A stretch of DNA of 54,452 nucleotides, from positions 1-54,452 of the forward strand of contig CAZZND010000001.1 in assembly GCA_964655465.1 (NCBI GenBank), given 5' to 3'. This stretch comes from an uncultured Actinomycetes bacterium. GTDB lineage: Bacteria; Actinomycetota; UBA4738; HRBIN12. Positions 33,331 through 40,893 of the stretch are shown here, in pieces; within the stretch, counting starts at the first letter, position 1; every line of letters starts with the position of its first letter. The position numbers and the translations under genes are program-made. Under the pieces are notes generated by a model, which was not told the DNA's origin, made no database searches, and worked only from the letters and a program-made list of their open reading frames with translations.

Positions 33331-34214
33331 TGGCTGCCACCGACCCCGGCATCGTCCGTCCCGCGTTCGGGCGTCCTCTCCGGCGCCACGGCGGCGCGGT
33401 CGGGATCTTGTTCGCACCCGTCACGCTGCTCGTGATCTTGTTCCTCGGGCCGATGCTGATCATGGTGCAGATGAGCGTCGTCAGGTTCCCGCCGAGCACC
33501 GCCGGGGGCTACACGCTCGGGCATTACGCCGACGTGCTCACGAACGAGCTCAACCGCACCATCGCGGTCAACACCGCGTTCATCGCAACGACCTCGATGA
33601 TCGTCATGCTCGCGATCGCGATCCCGCTCGCGTACTACCTGGCGTTCAAGGCGCGGAAGTGGGAGCTCTGGATGTTGCTCGCGCTCGTCCTGGCCGACGA
33701 GCTCGCGCCCGTCGTGAAGATCTACGCCTGGCAGGTGATCCTCGGCCGCAACGGGATCGCGAACTACCTGATCCCGGGCGAGCCCGTGGACTGGCTCATC
33801 TACAGCCGGTTCGCCGTCATCCTCACGCTCGCGACCACCTACATCACGTACACCACGATCCCGATCTACGCGGCGATGAAGGCGATCGACCCCACGGTGT
33901 TCGAGGCGTCGACCGACCTCGGGGCCGGCTGGTGGCCACAGGCCCGGCGCATCCTGATCCCTCTGGCCGCCCCGGGCATCTTCATCGCTCTGATCCTCGT
34001 GTACATCCCGATGCTCACGGACTTCGTTACCTCCGACATCGTCGGCGGCGCGGGCGGGGGCACGTACATGCTGGGCCAGCGCGTGCGCGACCTGATCCTG
34101 CAGGGCGCGAACTGGGGTCCCGGCGCAGCGCTCAACTTCCTGCTCCTGATCACGTCCGGGGTGCTCGCCCTGGCCGCCTACCGACTCGCCAAGCTGAACA
34201 GGATCCAGACATGA
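33330..34214 (+). CDS. ABC transporter permease (PotB-like), system 2
   Basis: ATG at 33330 overlaps the upstream TGA. The EAA loop is FEASTDLGAGWWPQARRILIPLAAPGI. It is collinear with 22512-23393. Confidence 0.85.
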   Translation: MAATDPGIVRPAFGRPLRRHGGAVGILFAPVTLLVILFLGPMLIMVQMSVVRFPPSTAGGYTLGHYADVLTNELNRTIAVNTAFIATTSMIVMLAIAIPLAYYLAFKARKWELWMLLALVLADELAPVVKIYAWQVILGRNGIANYLIPGEPVDWLIYSRFAVILTLATTYITYTTIPIYAAMKAIDPTVFEASTDLGAGWWPQARRILIPLAAPGIFIALILVYIPMLTDFVTSDIVGGAGGGTYMLGQRVRDLILQGANWGPGAALNFLLLITSGVLALAAYRLAKLNRIQT

Positions 34215-35365
34215 CCGCACGCACGCAGGGCGCTGGAGAGCTCGTCGTCGACAGATGCACGAAGGCGTTCGGCGATGTCGTCGCCGTGAATGACGTCACC
34301 CTCGAGATCCCGAGCGGTGGGTTCTTCTCGATGCTCGGTCCGTCGGGATGCGGCAAGACCACGACCCTCAGGATGATCGCGGGTTTCGAGACGCCCGACC
34401 GCGGGAGGATCCTCCTCCGCGGCGGCGACGTCACGGGGCTGCCTCCGCAGCGCCGCGACGTGAACATGGTCTTCCAGTCCTACGCCCTGTTCCCCCACAT
34501 GACGGTCGCCGAGAACGTCGCGTTCGGGCTCAAGATCAAGCGGGTCGCTCGCGCCGAGGTTGGCCCCCGCGTGGAGGAGGCGCTTCGAACCGTCCGGCTC
34601 GACGGCCTCGCTGACCGTCGCCCGAGCCAGCTGTCGGGGGGTCAGCAGCAGCGGGTCGCCCTCGCTCGCGCGCTCGTCAATCGCCCGGCCGCGTTGCTGC
34701 TCGACGAGCCGCTGGGGGCCCTCGATCTGCAGCTGCGCAAGGAGATGCAGCTCGAGCTCAAGCAGTTGCAGGTGCGTACCGGAACGACGTTCGTCTATGT
34801 GACCCACGACCAGGAAGAGGCGATGACCATGTCGGATCGCATCGCGGTCATGAGCGGCGGCGTCGTCGAACAGCTGGCCCCGCCGCGCGAGCTCTACCAG
34901 CGCCCGGCCACCCCGTTCGTCGCTGGATTCATCGGCGTGTCCAACCTGATCGAGCTCCGCGTCGACGATCGCGCCGATGGGCGGCTGATCATGCGCATCG
35001 GAGAGGGCGAGCGGATCTTGGCCGTGGACCCCGGCGGGGTCGACGGGAGCGCGACCATCACCGTGCGCCCCGAATGGATCCGGCTCGCCCCGAGCGGTGC
35101 GTCGACGGACGACGGCTCCTCGTCGGTCACCGGCACGGTGTCCGACGTCGTGTACCTCGGCTCCGTCACCCAGGTGCTCGTCGACCTCCGGACGGGGGAG
35201 CGCCTCACGGTGCACCGGCTCAACGACGAGGTGGCTGCCGTGGATCCTCGTCCCGGCGACGAGGTCGTCCTACGATGGGCCGCCGAGCACAGCTACGTGA
35301 TCGGGTCCCCAGGCGCGGGTACGGAAGAGGAAGCGAGCCCCGTCGGGGCGCGAGGAGAGGGGTAG
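34211..35365 (+). CDS. ABC transporter ATP-binding protein (PotA-like), system 2 (intact Walker B)
   Basis: ATG at 34211 overlaps the upstream stop (ATGA). It has GPSGCGKTT, LSGGQQQRVALARALVNRPAALLLDEPLGALD and YVTHDQ. Confidence 0.9.
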   Translation: MTARTQGAGELVVDRCTKAFGDVVAVNDVTLEIPSGGFFSMLGPSGCGKTTTLRMIAGFETPDRGRILLRGGDVTGLPPQRRDVNMVFQSYALFPHMTVAENVAFGLKIKRVARAEVGPRVEEALRTVRLDGLADRRPSQLSGGQQQRVALARALVNRPAALLLDEPLGALDLQLRKEMQLELKQLQVRTGTTFVYVTHDQEEAMTMSDRIAVMSGGVVEQLAPPRELYQRPATPFVAGFIGVSNLIELRVDDRADGRLIMRIGEGERILAVDPGGVDGSATITVRPEWIRLAPSGASTDDGSSSVTGTVSDVVYLGSVTQVLVDLRTGERLTVHRLNDEVAAVDPRPGDEVVLRWAAEHSYVIGSPGAGTEEEASPVGARGEG

Positions 35366-35369
35366 ACCG

Positions 35370-36689
35370 ATGGCCAGGTTGAGCGCGAGCCAGATCGTTG
35401 AGATGTCCAAGCGGTACACGATGTTCGACTGGCAGGCGCAGTCCAAGGTTTCGCCGATCCCCGTGGAGCGCGCCAAGGGGGTCTATTTCTGGGACGTCGA
35501 CGGCAAGCGCTACCTGGATCTCAACAGCCAGCTATGGAGCGTGAACGCGGGGCACGGCGACCCGCGCATCGTGGCGGCGATCGCCAAGCAGGCCGAGCGC
35601 CTCGCGTTCATCTCGCCGTTCCAGACCTACGAGGAGCGGGCGCTGCTCGGCCAGAAGATGGCGGAGCTCCTTCCGGGAGACATCGAGAAGACCTTCTTCA
35701 CGCTGGGTGGGGCAGAGGCGAACGAGAACGCGGTCAAGATCGCGCGCATGGTGACGGGTCGCCACAAGATCCTCGCGCGCTACCGCTCGTACCACGGCGC
35801 CACCACCGGAACGATGACGCTCACGGGTGATCCGCGCCGCTGGCCGCACGAGCCCGGGCTCAGCGGCGTGGTGCACGTGCTGGACCCCTATCACGGTCCC
35901 GGACGCCCGTGGGACGATGCGGAGACGGCGCTCGCGCTCCTGGAGGAGACGATCGAGCTCGAGGGGCCCGAGTCGATCGCGGCCTTCTTCCTGGAGACGA
36001 TCACCGGCACGAACGGCGTTCTGATCCCGCCCGATGGCTACCTGCAAGGGGTTCGTGCGCTCTGCGACCGCTACGGGATCCTGATGGTGTGCGACGAGGT
36101 CATGTGCGGCTTCGGGCGCACCGGGGAGTGGTTCGGAGTCAACCACTGGGGCATCGTCCCCGACCTGATGTCGATGGCGAAGGGACTCACGTCCTCCTAC
36201 GTCCCGCTCGGGGCCCTCGGGCTGCGGCCCCACGTCGCGGCCCACTTCGAGGACAACGTGTTCGGAGCGGGGCTCACCTACAACAGCCATCCGGTTGGGG
36301 TCGCCACCGCGCTCGCCACGATCGCCGTCTACGAAGAGGACGGCCTGGTCGAGAACGCGAAGAAGATGGGCGAGGTCATGGCTCGTCACCATCAGGAGCT
36401 GAAGGCGAAGCACCCGAGCGTGGGCGACGTGCGCAGCATCGGGCTGTTCGGCGTGATCGACCTCGTGAAGTCGCAGGCCACCGGAGAGCCGATGTCGCCG
36501 TTCAACGTCACGAACGAGGTCATGGGCAAGATCAACCGTTACCTGCTCGATCACGGGGTCGCGACGGTGGTCCGGTGGTGGAGCGTGAACACCAACCCGC
36601 CGCTGTGCATCGACGAGGAGCAGCTCGGCGAGGCCTTCGAGGTGCTCGACCAGGCGCTGGTGATCGCCGACGAAGCCATGGAGGACTGA
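35370..36689 (+). CDS. Class-III (omega) aminotransferase, paralog 3
   Basis: 439-aa ORF. It has SYHGATTGTMTLTG, CDEVMCGFGRTGEWFG and the PLP-lysine block SMAKGLTSSYVPLG. Confidence 0.88.
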   Translation: MARLSASQIVEMSKRYTMFDWQAQSKVSPIPVERAKGVYFWDVDGKRYLDLNSQLWSVNAGHGDPRIVAAIAKQAERLAFISPFQTYEERALLGQKMAELLPGDIEKTFFTLGGAEANENAVKIARMVTGRHKILARYRSYHGATTGTMTLTGDPRRWPHEPGLSGVVHVLDPYHGPGRPWDDAETALALLEETIELEGPESIAAFFLETITGTNGVLIPPDGYLQGVRALCDRYGILMVCDEVMCGFGRTGEWFGVNHWGIVPDLMSMAKGLTSSYVPLGALGLRPHVAAHFEDNVFGAGLTYNSHPVGVATALATIAVYEEDGLVENAKKMGEVMARHHQELKAKHPSVGDVRSIGLFGVIDLVKSQATGEPMSPFNVTNEVMGKINRYLLDHGVATVVRWWSVNTNPPLCIDEEQLGEAFEVLDQALVIADEAMED

Positions 36690-36694
36690 ACCTC

Positions 36695-37564
36695 GTGCGC
36701 GAGCGCGTCGGGTTCATCGGCCTCGGCATCATGGGCCGGCCGATGGCGAAGAACCTGCTCGCCGCCGGGTTCCCGCTCACGGTGCACTCCCGGAGCCCGG
36801 ATCCCGTCGATGAGCTGGTCTCCCTGGGAGCGGCGCGTGGGGAGGGGCCGGCCTCGGTCGCGGCGGCCAGCGACATCACGATCACGATGCTGCCCGACAC
36901 CGCCGATGTCGAGCAGGTCCTGACGGGCCCCGGCGGCGTGATCGAGGCTGCGGCCGCGGGCTCGCTCGTGATCGACATGAGCTCGATCGATCCCGGGCCG
37001 ACGAGCGCGATGGCGGCGGCCTTCGGGGACCGGGGCGTTGCGATGCTCGATGCGCCGGTCAGCGGCGGTGAGAAGGGGGCGACCGAGGCGGCCCTCTCGA
37101 TCATGGTCGGTGGCGACGGGGCCGCGTTCGAACGCGCCCGGCCGGTGTTCCAGGCCCTGGGGAAGAACATCGTGCACGTCGGGCCGGCCGGTGCCGGACA
37201 GGTGTGCAAGGCGTGCAACCAGCTGGTGGTCGCCGCCACGATCGAAGCCGTTGCTGAGGCCTTGCTGCTCGCCGAGCGTTCCGGTGTGGATCCCGCCAAG
37301 GTCCGCGAGGCGCTGATGGGCGGGTTCGCGGGGTCGAAGATCCTCGAGGTGCACGGACAGCGGATGCTCGACCGTGCGTTCGACCCCGGATTCCGGATCC
37401 GGCTGCACCGCAAGGACGCGAGGATCGTGGAAGACGCCGCCGCAGTAGCCGGATCCCCCATCCCGTCGTTCGCGGTGGTCGCTCAGCAGCTGCAGGCGGC
37501 GGTCGAGGCCGGGGACGGGGAGCGCGACCACTCGGCGCTGTTCGCCGAGCTCGAACGATCGTAG
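36695..37564 (+). CDS. NAD(P)-dependent 3-hydroxyacid dehydrogenase (HIBADH/tartronate-semialdehyde-reductase family)
   Basis: In-frame GTG at 36695. It has VGFIGLGIMGRPMAKNLL (Rossmann), DAPVSGG and the CKACNQL block. Confidence 0.85.
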   Translation: MRERVGFIGLGIMGRPMAKNLLAAGFPLTVHSRSPDPVDELVSLGAARGEGPASVAAASDITITMLPDTADVEQVLTGPGGVIEAAAAGSLVIDMSSIDPGPTSAMAAAFGDRGVAMLDAPVSGGEKGATEAALSIMVGGDGAAFERARPVFQALGKNIVHVGPAGAGQVCKACNQLVVAATIEAVAEALLLAERSGVDPAKVREALMGGFAGSKILEVHGQRMLDRAFDPGFRIRLHRKDARIVEDAAAVAGSPIPSFAVVAQQLQAAVEAGDGERDHSALFAELERS

Positions 37565-37600
37565 TCGGGCACGCGGCATGCTCTGCAGCGGAATCTTTGG

Positions 37601-37627
37601 GTCTACTGTCGACTGTTGACGATCTAC
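37601..37627 (+). promoter_or_regulatory. Phased GTNNAC operator array (site 7, the most regular) with promoter, upstream of the PhoA-type phosphatase
   Basis: GTCTAC-T-GTCGAC-T-GTTGAC-G-ATCTAC, four hexamers with 7-bp period. TTGACG at 37615-37620 is followed after an 18-nt spacer by TAGGAT at 37639-37644. Confidence 0.65.
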
Positions 37628-37687
37628 CCGGGTGCCCATAGGATCGTCGAGTCGCCGGGCCCGTACCCCGGCGGAGGAGGGGGAGTC

Positions 37688-39010
37688 ATGCGCGGGAGAA
37701 CGTTGCGGCGTTCCGTCCGTGTCGCGCTCGTCGCGAGCGGGTTGGTCTTCGCGCTGATCGCGCCGAGCACGGCGGCGCGACCGCCGAGGCCCTCGTCGGC
37801 GCCGAAGAACATCATCGTCTTCATCGGCGACGGGATGGGGCCCGAGCAGGTCAGGTTGGGCCGTCTGTACAAGGGGAGCGCGCTCAACGTCAACGGCATC
37901 CCGTGGGGCGCGGTCGGCTCCCTCAACACGAACTCGCTCGACGGCGTCACCGACTCGGCCGCCGGCGCGACGGCGCTCGCCACCGGCTACGAGACCCACA
38001 ACGGCTGGGTTTCGATGATCCCGACGATCCCGACGCCCACCGCGGTCGAGACGGTGCTCGAGCGGGCGGAGGACAAAGGCAAGGCCACCGGGCTCGTGAC
38101 GAGCGTCGGGATGACGAACGCCACGACCGCGGCCTACGCCTCCCACGTCACCGACCGGGGCGAGGACGATGAGATCGCCGTGCAGATGCACGCGCAGGGT
38201 AGTGAGTTCCTGATGGGCGCCGGCTCCGAGGCCGGGCTCGTGAACCAGCCGGGCGTGACGTACGTGGACAACGTGACCGAGATGAACGCCTACGTGGCGG
38301 GCCCGGGAACTGGTCCGATGTACGGCCTGATGGGTGTGGAGTCGTTCGCACATCCGATCGACCGCGCGAACGAAGGCGTGATCGGGATCGAGCCGACCCT
38401 TGCGGAGATGACCACGTCCGCGCTCGACGTCCTGAGCACTGACCCCGACGGGTTCCTCCTCATGGTCGAGGACGGTGCGATCGATTGGGCCGGCCACTCG
38501 CGCGACGGCGCTTGGTCCGCCACGGACATGATCGCCATGGACAACGCCGTGAAGGCTGCGTACGACTGGGCGATAACCCGGACCGACACCCTGATCGTCG
38601 TCACCGCGGACCACGAGTGCGGCGGCCTGACCTTCTTGACGAAGGGCGCCTCCAAGATCGACGTCGTCGGGCTCCGGCAACAAACCGCGACCGTCGAGTT
38701 CATGTGGGGCGAGATCAAGCACGGTGCAGACACCGAGGCGACCGTGGAGCGCTACACGGGCCTCGACCTCACGCGGACGGAGCTAGCCCACATCAACGAC
38801 ATCGCCGCACAGGGAAGCGGCGAGATGGGCATCGCCGACGTTCTGTCCGACCGGTGGAACGTGGGCTGGGGCTGGTACGGCCTGGATGAAGGTGACCACA
38901 CCGACACGCCTGTGCCGATCTACGCATGGGGTCCGAAGGCTTCGGACTTCGCGGGCACGGCCTACGTGAACGAGCGCGTGGGTCAGCTCCTTCTGTCCTA
39001 CCTGACGTAG
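37688..39010 (+). CDS. Alkaline phosphatase (PhoA family), secreted
   Basis: ATG at 37688 follows GGAGGAGGGGGAG. The signal peptide is MRGRTLRRSVRVALVASGLVFALIAPSTAA. It has NIIVFIGDGMG, the active-site block DSAAGATALATGY, WAGHS and VTADHECGG. Confidence 0.88.
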   Translation: MRGRTLRRSVRVALVASGLVFALIAPSTAARPPRPSSAPKNIIVFIGDGMGPEQVRLGRLYKGSALNVNGIPWGAVGSLNTNSLDGVTDSAAGATALATGYETHNGWVSMIPTIPTPTAVETVLERAEDKGKATGLVTSVGMTNATTAAYASHVTDRGEDDEIAVQMHAQGSEFLMGAGSEAGLVNQPGVTYVDNVTEMNAYVAGPGTGPMYGLMGVESFAHPIDRANEGVIGIEPTLAEMTTSALDVLSTDPDGFLLMVEDGAIDWAGHSRDGAWSATDMIAMDNAVKAAYDWAITRTDTLIVVTADHECGGLTFLTKGASKIDVVGLRQQTATVEFMWGEIKHGADTEATVERYTGLDLTRTELAHINDIAAQGSGEMGIADVLSDRWNVGWGWYGLDEGDHTDTPVPIYAWGPKASDFAGTAYVNERVGQLLLSYLT

Positions 39011-39017
39011 CGCGGTC

Positions 39018-39051
39018 GTGGGGGCGGGCGACGGAAGTCGCCCGCCCCCAC
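39018..39051 (+). terminator. Strong GC-rich stem-loop terminator (no U-tract)
   Basis: GTGGGGGCGGGCGAC-GGAA-GTCGCCCGCCCCCAC, a perfect 15-bp stem 8 nt after the stop at 39010. Confidence 0.75.
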
Positions 39052-39130
39052 CGCCCTATCGCGCTCTGGGTCGTTCGGGCCGCGTTCTTCCACGAGACCC
39101 CGATCGCCGCCGCGGGCTAGCATCTCGGGG

Positions 39131-39853
39131 ATGACCGAGGAGCTCTTCAGCCACGACGCCTACCTGCGGGATTGCGACGCGACGGTGATCGCCGTCACCG
39201 ACGAGGGCGTCGTGCTCGACCGGACCGTGTGTTACGCCCGTGGGGGCGGCCAGCCCGGCGACACGGGCACCCTCATGTGGGAAGGGGGGCACGCCACCAT
39301 CACCGATACCGTGAAATCGCGCGACACCGGAGAGGTCCTGCACCCGGTCGACGGCGCACCGCCTCCGGTCGGCGCATCCGTGACCGTGTCGATCGATTGG
39401 GATCGCCGGTACCTGCACATGCGGACGCACACGGCGCTGCATTCGCTGTCCGGGATCGTCTACGCCGACTACGGCGCGAAGGTCACGGGCGGCAACATGG
39501 AGTCAGGCGGCATCGCCCGGATGGATTTCGAGCTGGGCGGCATCAGCCAGGAGTTCGGCCGCGAGGTCGAGGACAAGCTGAACGCCGCCCTGACGCGCGA
39601 CGTCGAGGTCCACGTGCTGTTCCTGCCTCGCGCCGAGGCGTTCGCGGACCCCGACCTCATCCGGACCAAGGTGTCGTTGATCCCCGAGCACGTGGACCCC
39701 ATCCGCGTGATCGACATCACGGGTATCGACAAGCAGGCCGACGGTGGCACCCACGTCCGCTCCACGGGTGAGGTCGGCCGTGTCCGCGTGGTCAAGACCG
39801 AGTCGAAGGGCAAGGCCAACAAGCGGATGCGGATCGAGCTCGAGACGCGGTGA
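39131..39853 (+). CDS. alaX: Alanyl-tRNA editing protein (AlaX-M-like; tRNA synthetase second additional domain)
   Basis: 240-aa ORF with zinc/editing motifs HTALHSLSG and GGTHV. The N-terminal beta-barrel-like region begins FSHDAYLRDCDATV. Confidence 0.8.
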   Translation: MTEELFSHDAYLRDCDATVIAVTDEGVVLDRTVCYARGGGQPGDTGTLMWEGGHATITDTVKSRDTGEVLHPVDGAPPPVGASVTVSIDWDRRYLHMRTHTALHSLSGIVYADYGAKVTGGNMESGGIARMDFELGGISQEFGREVEDKLNAALTRDVEVHVLFLPRAEAFADPDLIRTKVSLIPEHVDPIRVIDITGIDKQADGGTHVRSTGEVGRVRVVKTESKGKANKRMRIELETR

Positions 39854-40884
39854 CGGCGCCGATCGCAGGCCGCACCCCGCGCGACGACGGGTTCTCGATG
39901 CCGGCCGAGTGGGCGCCGCACCAGGCGACCCTCATGGCATGGCCGAACCGCATGCGCGCGGATCTGTGGGGTCACCTGTTCGCAGACGCCGAGCACGACT
40001 ACGCGACCGTCGCGAACGCGATCGCCGCTTTCGAGCCGGTGATCATGGTCGTCGACCCGGCGCAGATGACCGAGGCGCGTGAGCGCCTGCGCGACGACAT
40101 CGAGTTGCTGCCCGTGCTGATCGACGACTCCTGGATACGTGACAGCGGCCCCATCTTCGTGACCGACGGCCGTGGCGATGTCGCGCTCGTGCACTTCGGT
40201 TTCAACGGGTGGGGCGAACGGTACCGGCCGTACGACCACGACGCACGGGTTCCCCAGGCTATCGCCGCGCACCTCGGGATGCGACGATACGTCGCTCCGA
40301 TGATCCTCGAGGGCGGTTCGATCTGCGTTGACGGTGAAGGCACGCTCCTGACCACCGAGACCTGCAACCTGAACCCGAACCGGAACCCCTCGATGACCGC
40401 GGAACAGATCGATGCGGTGCTGCATGACTACCTCGGCGCCGAGGTCGTCGTGTGGCTCCCCTACGGCTGGTCCGCGAGCCGAGACACCGACGGGCACGTC
40501 GACGGGATCGCGCTGTTCACCGCGGCGGGGACGGCCATGTTGCTCGCGCCCGCCGACCCCTCCGACCCCGACCACGATCGCGGTCTCGCCAACGCCGAGG
40601 TGATCGCACGCACCCCCGACGCGCGCGGCCGCACGATCGAGGTCACGCCGTTCGACCCCGGGGCGCCGGTGGAGCTCACCCACCTGAACGTCTATCTGAC
40701 CAACGGTGGCGGCGTGATCGTGCCGGTCGGAGACGTCCCTGAGGACGAGGTCGCGCTCGCGCAGATCCGCGCTGCGATGCCCGACCGCGAAGTGGTGCCG
40801 GTGCCCGGGGTCGTGCTCCACGAGGGCGGTGGCGGTCCCCACTGCATCACCCAGCAGGTGCCGGCGGGCACGGCGGTGGCGTGA
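39850..40884 (+). CDS. aguA: Agmatine deiminase (porphyromonas-type peptidyl-arginine deiminase family)
   Basis: 344-aa ORF whose GTG overlaps the upstream stop (GTGA). It has MPAEWAPHQATLMAWP, DDSWIRDSGP, LEGGSICVDGEGT and the catalytic-Cys block GGGPHCITQQVP. Confidence 0.88.
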   Translation: MTAPIAGRTPRDDGFSMPAEWAPHQATLMAWPNRMRADLWGHLFADAEHDYATVANAIAAFEPVIMVVDPAQMTEARERLRDDIELLPVLIDDSWIRDSGPIFVTDGRGDVALVHFGFNGWGERYRPYDHDARVPQAIAAHLGMRRYVAPMILEGGSICVDGEGTLLTTETCNLNPNRNPSMTAEQIDAVLHDYLGAEVVVWLPYGWSASRDTDGHVDGIALFTAAGTAMLLAPADPSDPDHDRGLANAEVIARTPDARGRTIEVTPFDPGAPVELTHLNVYLTNGGGVIVPVGDVPEDEVALAQIRAAMPDREVVPVPGVVLHEGGGGPHCITQQVPAGTAVA

Positions 40885-40893
40885 GCCGCGCGT

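Noticed and set aside
36551-38722. 723-aa minus-strand ORF spanning the dehydrogenase and PhoA genes
   Set aside because: It is an antisense shadow ORF crossing an intergenic promoter and operator. Its composition is Arg/Asp/Gly/His-rich with no motifs, and both plus-strand genes have strong family signatures.
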